64,000 nt of DNA, from the NCBI GenBank assembly GCA_964016885.1, contig OZ024742.1, positions 304,668,001 through 304,732,000 on the forward strand, written 5' to 3'. Positions 30,171 to 44,581 of the stretch are shown one piece after another. The notes under the pieces are model-generated. The model saw only the letters and a list, made by a program, of their open reading frames with translations. It did no database searches and was not told where the DNA came from. Numbering within the stretch: position 1 is the first letter of the stretch; every line of letters starts with the position of its first letter. Made by a program: the position numbers and the translations under genes. The stretch comes from Eledone cirrhosa (taxonomy: Eukaryota).

Positions 30171-31949
30171 TAAATGTTGGCCCTTCCCTACCCATTTCCC
30201 ATTTACTCATTATTTAATTTTTTCAATCCTTCACATTATTATCTTTTTCTATATATAATTTTTGTTGTTGATATTTTAATCATTTTTCTAATAGGTTTAT
30301 GGTGGTATACTTCTTTTAAGCAATAATGTTGACAACATTAGTTCATTGAATTCAACTAACGCAGTAACAGGTGTTTTACTGATATATTCTGACCGAACAA
30401 ACGGAAAGGATGAAGTACTATTGTTCCGCTTTTATAAATATTCCATAAAATTAATTTTCTTTTCAACTATCTACATTTGAATTAAAGTTTGAACATTTTA
30501 ATTCACTCCTTCCTTAGACAACCAACGACTATTTGAACAGTAGTGAGTTGCCGAATTTCTCTTTTAACCTGAAAGCTGATTTTCTCCGTGGTTCTGGTGG
30601 TGGTGGGGAGATAGTGCGTGTCTGTTTATAATTAATCAATCCCAGTAGAAGACATACTTCATTTTTTTTATCTAAAAGCGTTGACAGGCAAATTTGATCT
30701 CGACGTGGTTGATTTAAACTCAGGTCACAGAAATCCGGAACGAGCACCACGTAGCATTCTATCCAACGGTCTAATGTTTCTATCATTTCAACACCACCTT
30801 AAGCAGCACCGAATAAAACCGGTGTCAATAAACTTTATACAGTGAAATACGAAATGTTAATTAATTAAAATCGCACCCGTGATGAGGTGAAAGAATCATT
30901 AACTTAATGAGCACTTCTTATCAAGAAAGTCGGGAGAGTCACCCCGATATTTTAAGTAATCAAAATTAATTAGAAACAGTAATTGATCAAAGAGTTATTC
31001 AGAATATTTCTTTATAGTTAGCTTCTAATGATTTTAGCGTTACATGTGTTAATACTAAATTATCTATTGTGTTTCATACGAATGACCTTTCTGAATCTTT
31101 ATGTAATGGAATCTACTTCTTTCTATTTCGATGATGGGTGTATGTGTTATTCTATCTATGTAATGACCTGCTTATGAAATGAATATGTAATTGGCTGAGA
31201 ATTTCACATACTCGCGTAAGGTTACTGTAATACACAGTAATTTTCAGCGTGATATACTATTTGACAAGTTTGGTCATTTGAATTAGAGATACAGTTCATT
31301 CAACGGCTTTTCAAACAGTTTCAGTCTAACCAATTTTCCTTCACAAGGCATTGGTGAACCTGTATATATAGTAAATCGCATGTACTGAGATTGGACGCAA
31401 GATATATTAAACAGGCATTCATTAGAGCCACTCGGTGGAATGAACGAAGCGGTTTGTTCTAATTCTCTCCCCACTGAGTCTATATCTTGCAACGGTCAAA
31501 TTCGAATTGCCGCCTTTTTGGAACATGCTTAGTGTTAGAATGATTCCATTCAACCCCAGCCAAACCAGACATTATATCGCCTTCTCCTTCAGCTCTGCGA
31601 CCGCAAACACTCTCTCACCCTACCCTACAGCTGCTCCACCATCACAAACAAACATTCGCTCACACTCTCCTTCAGTTGTCCATCCCAATCTGTGCCCCAC
31701 TCTCTTCTAGCTGTCTCACATCATGGATGATCCGATGATTCATGTGAGGTATCAGTGTTGGGAAGATTTCAACTCGTAAGTACACGAGCATCTAAAACAT
31801 TTCATGAAAGTGCAGTATAAACTAATACATAATTATCTTATATAGCGAGTGTAAACCATATATAATTCTCATGGCACTTGTTAATCCGACCATATAGTAG
31901 AATAAACCGCCCACTGGAAACGAACCACAAGACTCGTCCTTAATAACCA

Positions 31950-32020
<71 letters not shown>

Positions 32021-32024
<4 letters not shown>

Positions 32025-32272
32025 GATAACAAGTTATCGTTATAGGTAATCCAGTTAGAGGTTGTGAATACTCCGTATTGTGGATAGTTTTAGCGAACGG
32101 CGTTGTTTGACTCAACAAGAGGTTTCTTTAGGTAGCGAGTATATGAGTTCTCGAGAGTCCCGATGTAAGTTAATCTTGGAGTAATAATAGTGAAAGAGTG
32201 AAGAATAACATGGTCAACAGTACAATAAAACCCTTTTTGTACTGTTGACCATGTTATTCTTCACTCTTTCAC
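32021..32272 (-). mobile_element. (TA)n-abutting insert ending in a perfect 36-bp hairpin
   Basis: Arms 32190-32225 and 32237-32272 are perfectly complementary with an 11-nt loop; a 169-nt unpaired segment runs to the (TA)n at 31955-32020. Confidence 0.6.
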
Positions 32273-32902
32273 AAACCTTGTGTGTTTGTGTTTCCAGCAT
32301 GTGTATTTAAATATACATGGACAGTATGTTTGCATGTCAATGAGTATATATATATATATATATAGTTATTTATCTGTCTAGAACACAGTATAAATGCAGT
32401 CGTTTTTACACGTAGGCTTCCCCATCTAATTGCCGGGATTTTTCACCGACTCTATGAATGTATATCGAGCAGAGAACATTTAGTTTATTTATGCATGGAT
32501 TATGACCCAGCTCTAATTCTCACCTAAATTAACCGATACTGTATAGATAGAGCCATCCACGTTTCGTGCATCTGCATGTCTAATAAATTCTCATGCTTTA
32601 ACTCATGGGTCTAAGCTACATATTTACTAGCAAATTCTTCATGTCCATGCATTTATAGGCGAATCTAAATTCTAATCTGGAAAAATAAAGACATTCAATC
32701 GTTGAGCATTGACGCATGGAAATCTAATCGGATTTATTAATAATCGTGCCTTATTGTCCATACAGACATTATTTCCGGTTTCTGATGAAGCTTGTGTTAT
32801 TAATTTTAAGATATCAGAGGCAAATATAAACACTAATTTCTACAATATTCATAGCAGCTTGATGAGATGATCTTTTTTTTATATAACTCTCTCGCTCTCT
32901 CG

Positions 32903-32952
<50 letters not shown>

Positions 32953-33309
32953 CATATATATATATTATTCGTATATTTTCTTAACCACAATTTGATGCAG
33001 TAATCTCAGCTTGGTGTAATGGTAAAGAAGTTTGTTTCGCAACCGATACATCTCTGGCAAGAGTCACTTACCATAGCTTCGGGTTGACATGAGTATTGTG
33101 AGTGAGATTGATTTGATGGAGACTGTTTGGAAGCTCAATGAATCTTCCGGGGATATTAAGTTAATGGTACAAGTTTCTGAGGAATGTTCAGTGACTTACA
33201 TGTTAATTTCACGAGTAGGATATTCCATTGATCAACCAACGGTAACAGTCGTCGCCGAAACGCTGAAATTTCAAGAGGGGCGGTAAGAAAAGAAGAGTAA
33301 TATTAGTTA

Positions 33310-33497
33310 ATAATTGTTTCTACTTTTGGCACAAGGCCAGCAATTATCCTAGTACATTACTGGTACTTTATTTTATCAACCCCGTAAGGATGAAAAGCAA
33401 AATGAACCTCGGCGGGATTTGAACTCAAACTATAAAGGGGCGTAACTCTATGCTGCAAAGCATGGCGTCCAACCTTCTACCGATGCTGTCAATCCAA
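33310..33497 (-). mobile_element. SINE family A, short-tail subfamily
   Basis: aattgtttctacttttggcacaaggccagcaattatcc...tggtactttattttatcaaccccgtaaggatgaaaagcaaa...gggatttgaactc. Confidence 0.85.
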
Positions 33498-34127
33498 TAT
33501 GTTGTTTCATCACTTTCTGGGTGGAAATTATATTAAATAGCTGAAGAATATATAAAAATAAGTGTATCTCAATATCAACATGAACGATGACATGGGTGGC
33601 TGGTTCATAGTTTGGCATTTTGAAACGTGCTATCTACCAGAGCCTTATATCAAACCGAACCTTGTGGGTGAAATATTGCAGCCGGAAAATCTGACAAAGC
33701 CCTTCGGAAGGACTCTTCTTGTTCTAAACTGGATACATATACCAATTGCCAGACTAACTCTATCAATATATATGGTAGCATCTGTTGTAAGAAATCTGAC
33801 CAGGTCATTACTATGCATGAGCATTGAAAATGTTCTTAGGTGATGTCATTCTTCCCGACATAAGTCATATGAAAATAAAAACACTCATATGAATACTATT
33901 TAAGATAATTCTAAAATATTTCATTACCGTCGTATTGATAAACGTAAATAACATATAATATAAGATTTAAAGAAAAAAGAATATTGTCTAAACTTAGTAA
34001 GAGGAGGGCTTCTGATACAAACATTTTTAGACCCTTCTAAATAACTGCTTTTATGCAATACACCTGAAACAATAATTATAATATAGGTATGCTTGTGTTA
34101 GTTTGTGAATAAATATATATATATATG

Positions 34128-34189
<62 letters not shown>

Positions 34190-34395
34190 TGTATATATAT
34201 ATATGTGTATGTATGTATATATATATATACATAGATACATACATAAATATATATATATATATACATACATACATACATACATATGTACATACATACATAA
34301 ATATATATATATATGTGTGTGTGTATGTATATTTATATATATATATATATATGTATGTATATATATATGTGTATATATGTATGTATATATATATG

Positions 34396-34491
<96 letters not shown>

Positions 34492-35511
34492 CAATGTGAA
34501 TCTATAGATATCATCTATTGTGTATATCATTTTGCACAAAGAAGTGTATAAAATGTCCTTTAAATATCTTCGGCCAGGCATATATAGGAATATGTGGCCA
34601 CATGCCCCTATAAGAGTATGCTCGTGTGTATCTATATATATAAAACTGAAGTTGTCTGTCTGTCTACTATAACGGTCGGCACACATCTCTTCTTAAACCG
34701 TACGTTCAAATTTCGGTGAAATTGCTACACTTGCAGATGAATGTCCGTAGGAGACATCTGTCAAAGAATTTTTCAAATCGACCGACGCCAAGTGCAAAAA
34801 TCGAATTTGTAATGTATTGATTTTTCAGTTCAAATGTATAAATAGAGATGAGAGACGAGTTATTTCCCTTTTATGGCTTCATTTGTTTATCTATTTATGT
34901 TACGAACAAACTACGCGTAGAATAGTACGCGAACAGTTTTCGGGCCAGCAAAATTTTAACCTGCAAAATTCATGAGTTCGAAGTTTCAACATTAAGCTTC
35001 CATTTTGCTTCATTTCCATTAAAAAGTCTTTTAAAACAATATTTCAGAGCATCAGCCTTGCCATCACCCGAGGCAACGCTGCGAGTGTGCTGGCTTGCCT
35101 CAAAATTAGAGAGGTTGCCCAGTACTCGCGACGTTGCTGTCTTTTGCTCTGGTGTTGGCTCCGTTATTCATCCCTTCCTTTGCATTTTCTTTAATATTGT
35201 AGCATTGAAGGAATATATCTTTCATTCTATCATCCGTTGTAGTGTTACCGAGGCATTTGTAATGTTATTTATGTATATATTTAATATATATTTGTTATGT
35301 TATTCTACTGTAAATTTATTTATATGCTCTGTTTATATTTTCATTCTCACTACCCTCAAAAATCTATGAAACTACATACATGTTGCAACTCTCTCTATAT
35401 ATATATGTCACACACACACACATATACATATACATCTAAAGAGAGAAAGGGAGATGTAGAGAGAGAGAGAGAGTGAGTTAGGTCGTTATACAGAGAGAGG
35501 TACAAGATAAT

Positions 35512-35562
<51 letters not shown>

Positions 35563-35630
35563 GCGACGAACGCTGGTTCACACACACACATACACACACA
35601 AACAGATATATATATTTAAAGACAGGGAGG

Positions 35631-35688
<58 letters not shown>

Positions 35689-35813
35689 CGTTCTTTATTG
35701 TTCTCCATTCTGTAGAGGAAGAGAGAGAGAGAGGGAGGTATGAGTGAGAGAGAGAGAGAAAGAGAGAGAGAGGGGGTATGAGAAAAAAGGGAGAGGGGTT
35801 GAGAAAGAAAGAA

Positions 35814-36030
35814 AGTTTAACCAAAGAATCGCTGCTTTCAACATTAACGGGATCTTCTTAAACTAATAAATTCAATCTGTGAACGCAGAATTAAATATTT
35901 CGAGAAACGTTGCAACCGACGTAAAACAGGAAGACCATATTTTGGTTCGTGAAGAGGTTCCCTGGTAATGAACGGAAAAAAGCGAGGATAATACGTCGTT
36001 ATGTGAATTGAGAAGAACAATTTCATGCAA
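35814..36030 (-). mobile_element. PLE 3' relic with the same variant hammerhead as 15352-15402
   Basis: aaagtttaaccaaagaatcgctgctttcaacattaacgggatcttc matches the 15350-15395 arm. The upstream minus-strand peptide PRFFPF...LRRLQRFSKYLI weakly resembles a PLE endonuclease C-terminus. Confidence 0.55.
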
Positions 36031-36167
36031 AGACGAGAGCAAGTTTATGGTGTAAATGAAGTCGTTAGACTAATATTCTATTTAAAATAACCGAATGATT
36101 TCCAGCCCCGGAGTTTAAGAATGATGTAAATAAAATTGTAAACGAAAATGACAGAGGTTATTAAAAT

Positions 36168-36278
36168 ATTGTTTCTACTTTTGGCACATGGCCAGCAATA
36201 AACCAGTACATTAATGGTACTTTATTTTATCGACCCTGTAAAGATGAAAGGCAAAGTTAACCTCGACGGGATTTTAAC
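36168..36278 (-). mobile_element. SINE family A, short-tail subfamily, partial
   Basis: attgtttctacttttggcacatggccagcaata...ggtactttattttatcgaccctgtaaagatgaaaggcaaagttaacctc. Confidence 0.8.
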
Positions 36279-36903
36279 TTTGCCTTAAAATAGTAAAAGT
36301 AAATAGTGAAGATTTAGGCCAGTACATACGTATGCGCTGACGGACATACACATACATATACATACGCACACACAAATACACACGCACACACACACACACA
36401 CGCGCGCATGTGTGTGTAAACATTATGCATTTCTACAGTATTTTCACCAACCTTAAGACATAGGTTACTTATATACTCCGGATGGTCATGGGCACTATCA
36501 TTTTTCCAGATATTGATTATAGGGTCTCCCGGCAGATAACCCCCTTTAACCACTTCCTTGGAATCGACTGAAGAACTGCAGTGCAATGCAACAAAACGTC
36601 ATAACTTCTGGAGTTCGAACCGATTTTCACAAAACTTGACACATGGGCTACGTTTGTTCTACAGATGAATGTGAACTCTCAGAATTGGCATATATTGAGT
36701 ATGGGACCCCTGAGGGCAGGAACCCCCTTTTGAAAAAAGCCGATGATTTTGTAAAAGTATAGTTTTCCAAGCAGCACTGTAGTATTGACATAAATGATAT
36801 ACACAACTGCTATTTAATATCCGAGCAACACCGGGTACCTCTGCTAGTATATATATATATATATGTGTGTGTGTGTATGTATAAATGTCAGTGTATCTCT
36901 CGC

Positions 36904-36966
<63 letters not shown>

Positions 36967-37986
36967 GCATTAAAATCTCCTCCTCAATACATGTTCCCTT
37001 TTATGTAATTATAAATGCATGATTATATATGTGAATATTATATTAGTGAATGTGCAACCGTTAAGCTCACTAACTGCGTATGTGCGTTTATGCATGTCTC
37101 TCTATGTCAGTGTTTTTGTGATTACCATTGTGTGTGTCTGTGTGACTGTGTGTGAGACGTTCAATTGTTAATAAATGTATGTCGAACGATTTTTCTTTCC
37201 TTCTTCGATTTGACCCATTGTATATTTCCTGTCCCACTACGTTGCTTTCTCTGATGAGAGATCAATGGCCGTTGCCCTACTCCATCCCAACACAGCCACC
37301 GATAATTCCCCGACACCAACGCTTCCATCAATAACAACAGCACCATCGTTACCACCAATGCCATCACTACCTCCATTTCTTTCGCAGCAAATAAACGAAA
37401 TCGAAAAACCACTCTCTATGACACGATGGTTGGCCATGCGTACAACTAACTTGACATCACCAGCCACACCACATCCATACTTCGCTTTGTATGCAGCTTA
37501 TAAATTCACACATACACACGCACCCAGGCACGCCACCTATTCAAACACACACCCAACACGCACATACACACTCACATACAAATGGCACAACGAACAAGGA
37601 AGCTCATGTTGTTGTACACATATATACACAAGCATATTCACACACTCATTGGGAAAGCAAAACATGAATAGTAAGCGACATACATAACCATACAAGTATA
37701 AACAATTATATGACCTCGTATCTCTCTCTCTCTTCCTCACTCCCTCTCTTTCTCTCTTCCTATCTCCCTCTCTCTCTCTCTCTCCCTCTCTCTTCCTCTC
37801 TCCCCCTCTCTCTCTCTCTCTCCCTCTCTCTTCCTCTCTCCCCCTCTCTCTCTCTCTCCCTCTCTCGCTCTCTTTCTCTGTGTGCGTGTATGTGAATGCA
37901 TACTTATACAATTATAAAAATCAAAATATTGCTAAGATAACAGCCTCATACACATATATATACGCCCCCCCCCCACAGACATATAT

Positions 37987-38036
<50 letters not shown>

Positions 38037-38885
38037 TATGAATAAACCTACATACACACAGTTTCTAGGCCCCGGCCGATTGCATTAGTTTGCCGTGTTG
38101 AAAATAAAATTGAATTCTTGAAAGAGGGTGAAAGTGAAACAGAGTGACAATAAGAGATAATCTGATGAGGTTAAAGAACGTAGGAAGTAGTATTTGTATA
38201 AGTGGATGGCGGGCATTTTGTTCCTTACTCAAAAGCCCATTGGCATTCATCCAACCTATTCAAATTACCGACTATCTATGGCATAGCGTGCCAGTCAGGG
38301 AGACAGATATGGAATTATAGGTGTGTGGATATTAGAGTAAAGGATGTTTAATACAGAGAATGGGTGAAATAATAGGTAGAATATACCTGTATCACTGTGT
38401 ACTATAGGTCACCTTTAATTTTGGCTTTGATCCTCTTACTTTTGCCAGCTCATGGCACTCCCTCAACATCGATCCCATCAATAAAGTCACAAGATCTATT
38501 GCCAACGTTTAAATTACTAAATAAATATAAATAATATATTTTATAGTGGGAAAAAAATGAACTACAAAATCGCATCATCTTAAACACTGACAATGTCATT
38601 AATCTCTAATTCTCATCTCTTGCCACTTAACGAACTACCACACAAACACCTCTACATAACCATACACACCTACATAACTATGCACGCCACATATATAACC
38701 ATGCACACCTACACAATCACACACTCACACTGGCACAACTAGAAACGCACATACCTACACAAGTACACATACATATAAAACAAAGCCGCATACATAGCCG
38801 CACACATGGGCAAATACAGCTATGCACACTCAACCGTGGCGCACTCTTCAATGTCAAATCTACAACGCCATGCATAATAGCAGCT

Positions 38886-38918
<33 letters not shown>

Positions 38919-38999
38919 GATAGCATCAGAAGCAAGACGTGAAGCTGCAACAGCAGAAGCTTCAATAGTACATTTTAACTCATCACACCAGCTTCATTC

Positions 39000-40500
39000 A
39001 AACACCACACGCCACCACACAACACCACACCACACAACACGCATCTCACAGCACCATACCACAACACACCACACCACAACACACACCACAGCATCACACT
39101 ACACCCCACCACAACACACACCGCACACCACAGCATCACTCTACCTCACCACAACACACACCACACACCACAGTATCACACTACACCCCACCAAAACACA
39201 CAACACACACCACAGCATCACTCTACACCTCACCACAACACACACCACAGCATTACACTACACCCCACCAAAACACACAACATACACCACAGCATCACTC
39301 TACACCTCACCACACCACACACCACAGCATCACCCTACCCCTCACCACAACATACACCACACACCCCAGCATCAAACTACACCTCACCACACCACACCAC
39401 ACACCACAGCATCACACTACACCCCACCACAACATACACCACACACCCCAGCATCAAACTACACCTCACCACACCACAACACACACCACAGCATTACACT
39501 ACACCCCACCACAACTCACACCACACACCCCAGCATCACACTACACCTCACCACACCTCAGCATCACACTACACCCCACCCCAACACACACCACACACAC
39601 CAGCATCACACTACACCTCACCACACCACACAACACACACCACAGCATCACACTACACCTCACCACACCACACAACACACACCACAGCATCACACTACAC
39701 CCCACCACAACACACACCGCACACCACAGCATCAAACTACGCCTCACCACAACACGCACCACACACCACAGCATTACACTACACCTCAACACACACCACA
39801 CACCACAGCATCAAACTACGCCTCACCACAACAAGCACCACACACCACAGCATTACACTACACCTCAACACACACCACACACCACAGCAACACACTACAC
39901 CCCACCACAACACACACCACACACCCCAGCATCACACTACACCTCGCCACAGCACACCACACACCACAGCAATACACTACACCTCACTACAACACACAAG
40001 ACACCCCACACTACACCCCACCACACTACACCTAACCACACACCATACACCGCACACCGCCCCACCCCACCACACACCACCCACCACCAAACACCCCACA
40101 GCATCACACAACCCCACACCACTCACCACACGCCCCACGCACCACACAGCACCTCACACCACACAACACCACACCACACACCACTACACCACACCTCACA
40201 CCTCACACCACCACACACCACACTACACCTCACCACACACCACACACAAGACACCACACTACACCACACCACATCACACACCACAAACCAGACCACACAC
40301 CACACAGCACACACCACACACCCACACCACCCAGTACAATACCACACACCACACCACACATACACCACACACCAGACCACACCACACCACACACCACACA
40401 CAACACACCACCACACACCACACATTCCACTCTATACACCACATATTCCACCCCATATCACACCCCGTACATCACACATCGCATAACACACTACATACCA
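39000..40500. repeat. C/A-rich minisatellite (~35-45-bp variant unit) decaying into (CACCA)n
   Basis: The unit caccacagcatcacactacacc(t/c)caccacaacacacacca recurs about 20 times between ~39090 and ~40000; the plus strand has very little G or T. Confidence 0.9.
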
Positions 40501-40969
40501 CACTCTCTACATACCATACAGCAGCACATTCTACACAGCACACACTATATTGGATGCCAAAACAAAAAAGACCTAACCCAGTCACTATCCTTCTATTTCA
40601 TTCCCTTAACGCTATTCATTACAACAACAAAGAAGTCACAGCGATCACAACAACATCAATAAGAATTGACAACAGAATTATATTTTAAGGAAAAACCAGT
40701 CATGATCCATATTATCATTATCGTCATAAACACCTCAAATCAGCAGCATCAGTGATTGCATAATCATCACAATCGTCATGATTATGATGATGATGATGGC
40801 GATGATAATCATCATCAGTAACAGTAACAGTACAATCACCCCCAACAACAACAACAACCAACACATCAACAACAGTCTCATCAATATTACCCATATGATT
40901 ATTAACTATTACTACTAGCCATCCGACCTTACTAAAGTCGCATATATGCAGATACTCATGACCCCACGT

Positions 40970-41034
<65 letters not shown>

Positions 41035-41259
41035 TTATTTATATATATGTATATATATATTTATATATATATATATATATGCGTGTGTGTGTGTGTGCGT
41101 GTGTGTATATATATAAAGCCATGCATCCGGAAACACACAAGTACAATCTTATAAATACACTTATATACACATACTTACGTTCACCATCTATACACACACA
41201 AATATGCGTACTAATACGCACACTGGCAAGAGAGATGGGGTCGATGATGGAGAGGAAAT

Positions 41260-41570
41260 AAAGAATGAGTAGTAGAACTACGACAGTAAACTTCCGAATG
41301 CCAAGCAACCATGTGACCCACTTCGGGAAAGGTTATGCCAATATCGATCCAATAGCAGTGGCCCCCTGTGAGAAATAGAATCGATGATGATCGGGTTTCG
41401 TCGGAACACAATCACTGGAGATACAACAGACAGGAAAAATCTCCTCTTGGACCGCACTAAACTTCAAAGAATTGTCTCCGACAATAATAACGGCCAGAGA
41501 TTGCGTCGCCATAAAAGAATCAAGTTTTAGTGATTCTATGTGCGCATGCTCACGTTTCGCCACATTCTAC
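41260..41570 (-). pseudogene. Possible apurinic endonuclease (APE) relic of a non-LTR retrotransposon
   Basis: Frameshifted minus-strand pieces VIIVGDN (compare IIxGDFN) and GHCYWIDIGITFPEVGHMVAW (compare S.ID.t...W). Confidence 0.35.
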
Positions 41571-42224
41571 ACGAACACACTTCAATAGCTCAATGCAATA
41601 TTCTTGGCTTTGAGCTTTGTGTGTCTGTGAAACTGCTGAATCTTTGCTTGTGTGTGTTAGCAAGAAGGGAAGGTCATACAAATGTATGCATACATTTTTC
41701 TCTTCCTCATTCCTATCACACACAGTCGTGCATGAACCTGCACGCACATATACACACACACTCATACATTCTCTCTCTCTGTCACAGTCTCTCTCTCTCT
41801 CTCTCTCTTTCTCGCTTTGTTTCTCTTTTTATCTCCCTAATACCTTTCGCTCTTTTCTTGTTAGTCTTTCACTCTCTTATTATCTGAATATGTGTGTACA
41901 TGCGAATATGAAATGAAAGCTTCCCTCTGCGTTATAAAAATGTTTGATTCGTACAAACTGACAATATATTAATCTCATACATGGGATATTTATGCGCATA
42001 TATTTTTGTATATCTCTATGAAAGGATTTACATTTAAGGGCAAAAAGAGACGGAAACGCATACAAAGACAAATCCAGTCGCATACATATGCTAGCACAAT
42101 CACACAAACATCCCTCAGAAATACCACACAGACACACACACATACACACACATACACATATATGCCTTTAGATACAATATATATATACGTACAGCTATGA
42201 AAATAAAAATACAGATAAAGCAGT

Positions 42225-42960
<736 letters not shown>

Positions 42961-43028
42961 ATATTTGGGGAGGGTCATATTTGCGTAATATTGCCAGAAT
43001 TAATAACAGAACACACTCACTGTTTGGT

Positions 43029-43610
43029 TACGACAACCAGAGATATCAGAGTGTCATGTTTGTGGACGCCACCCCTGGAGGGAAATTAGCTAACCAGTGT
43101 AGAAAGGCCCTGAGAAAGACCCACTTAAAAATAAAGGTGGTAGAAAAGCCAGGAACCACCATAAAATCCCTGATCAGCAAAACCTACCCTTTTAAGAAAA
43201 CCCACTGTACCAATAGGAAATGTATCATATGTAAGGTGAACCCCCGGATAAACTGTAAAACTAGAAACGTAGTCTATAGCATAAGATGTACAGAGGGTAC
43301 TTGCAGAAACACGACAACAACATACATAGGTGAGACAGCTCGTAGCATAGGTGAAAGGATAGACCAACACTGGGGGGAACTAAAAGGACGAAAAAACGGG
43401 TCAGTACTATACGAACATGCTAGACAACATCATGACGGTAACATAGACAACATAGAAATTAGAATAATATCTAAACATAGGAATGACCCAGCAGATAGGC
43501 AAATCAGAGAGGCCAGTGAAATAGAAATTAGAAGACCAAAGCTAAACAGAAAGAATGAGTGGAACAACAACAACACCCAAACAAACAACACTGACCTAAG
43601 AGAAGTATAA
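43029..43610 (+). CDS. C-terminal part of a PLE polyprotein: thumb end, Cys-rich linker, GIY-YIG endonuclease (5'-truncated, no start codon)
   Basis: 193 open codons: [17 protein letters not shown]-x4-C-x2-C-x7-C, NVVYSIRC...[34 protein letters not shown]...PKLN. The N-terminal IYIY part of the listed 365-aa ORF is microsatellite. Confidence 0.9.
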   Translation, partial: YDNQRYQSVMFVDATPGGKLANQCRKALRKTHLKIKVVEKPGTTIKSLISKTYPFKKTHCTNRKCIICKVNPRINCKTRNVVYSIRCTEGTCRNTTTTYIGETARSIGERIDQHWGELKGRKNGSVLYEHARQHHDGNIDNIEIRIISKHRNDPADRQIREASEIEIRRPKLNRKNEWNNNNTQTNNTDLREV

Positions 43611-43880
43611 ATAAATAAGTAAATTAAATTAAATAAAATAAGATAAATAAATACATACACAAGCACATAAACACACACTAGTCACCCAGCAGACACAACA
43701 CTATACACACTAGTCACACATCACACATAACACTATACACACGCAAACGCATGCGCAAAGAAGACAAAATAAAATAAGATAAACAAACAAGCAAATAAAT
43801 AAATAAATATATAGACAGACTGAACAAAAAAAATGGCGTAGACATACAACACAACAGGAGGAACAATGAATATAACACCA

Positions 43881-43908
43881 CTGACGATGTTGCAGATGTG
43901 CAACGAAA
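43881..43908 (+). ncRNA. Hammerhead catalytic core in the PLE 3' UTR (stems I and III not resolved)
   Basis: CTGACGA-t-gttgca-gatg-tgcaac-GAAA with a perfect 6-bp stem II. Confidence 0.55.
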
Positions 43909-44183
43909 GATTTATGTAAACTATATATATATGTGTTTGTCTATATTGTATCTGTATTATTTTTGACCGCCGGTCAGTCAATGGCAACATTGAGGACCGA
44001 GTAAGTTAGATCGCAGATATATATATATAAAAGACAGCGAGAAGCGAAAACCAACCAAACAGTGAGTGTGTTCTGTTATTAATTCTGGCAATATTACGCA
44101 AATATGACCCTCCCCAAATATAACAATATCTGTTTCGACACACGATTTCATATAAAAAACCTCGCAAAACTAATTCATCGCCG

Positions 44184-44216
<33 letters not shown>

Positions 44217-44224
44217 TGTATATA

Positions 44225-44266
<42 letters not shown>

Positions 44267-44282
44267 TACATATATATAGATG

Positions 44283-44350
<68 letters not shown>

Positions 44351-44370
44351 TATATATATATGTATATACA

Positions 44371-44418
<48 letters not shown>

Positions 44419-44507
44419 TGTATATATATATATGTATATATGTATATATATATATAGAATAAGGAAAAGCGAAGTAGTTTCAGATGTTCAAGTCCTTTAA
44501 TAATAAT

Positions 44508-44581
44508 GCTGTGATATATATTTCAGTGACGACACTGGCCACACTGTTCTGTGTGCGAGTATTGTGTCATCATCAGACAGC
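44508..44581 (-). ncRNA. Type I hammerhead ribozyme, mirror copy
   Basis: Reverse complement of 45765-45838; the core is intact and the differences fall in stem II and its loop. Confidence 0.7.

Larger units (their letters stand above)
34631..36847 (+). mobile_element. Non-autonomous Helitron-like termini (one element with nested inserts, or two partial elements)
   Basis: 5' A|TCTATATATATAAAA then (gtct)n at 34631; 3' imperfect GC hairpin ccgagcaacaccggg, then CTAG|T at 36844-36848. These match canonical Helitron ends and the A/T target. Confidence 0.55.
42953..44184 (+). mobile_element. 5'-truncated Penelope-like retroelement with inverted 77-bp arm and 55-nt 3' tail, inserted in (TA)n
   Basis: 42953-43029 is the reverse complement of 44053-44129; internal GIY-YIG ORF; hammerhead core at 43881; tail 44130-44184; (TA)n on both sides. 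Confidence 0.9.
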
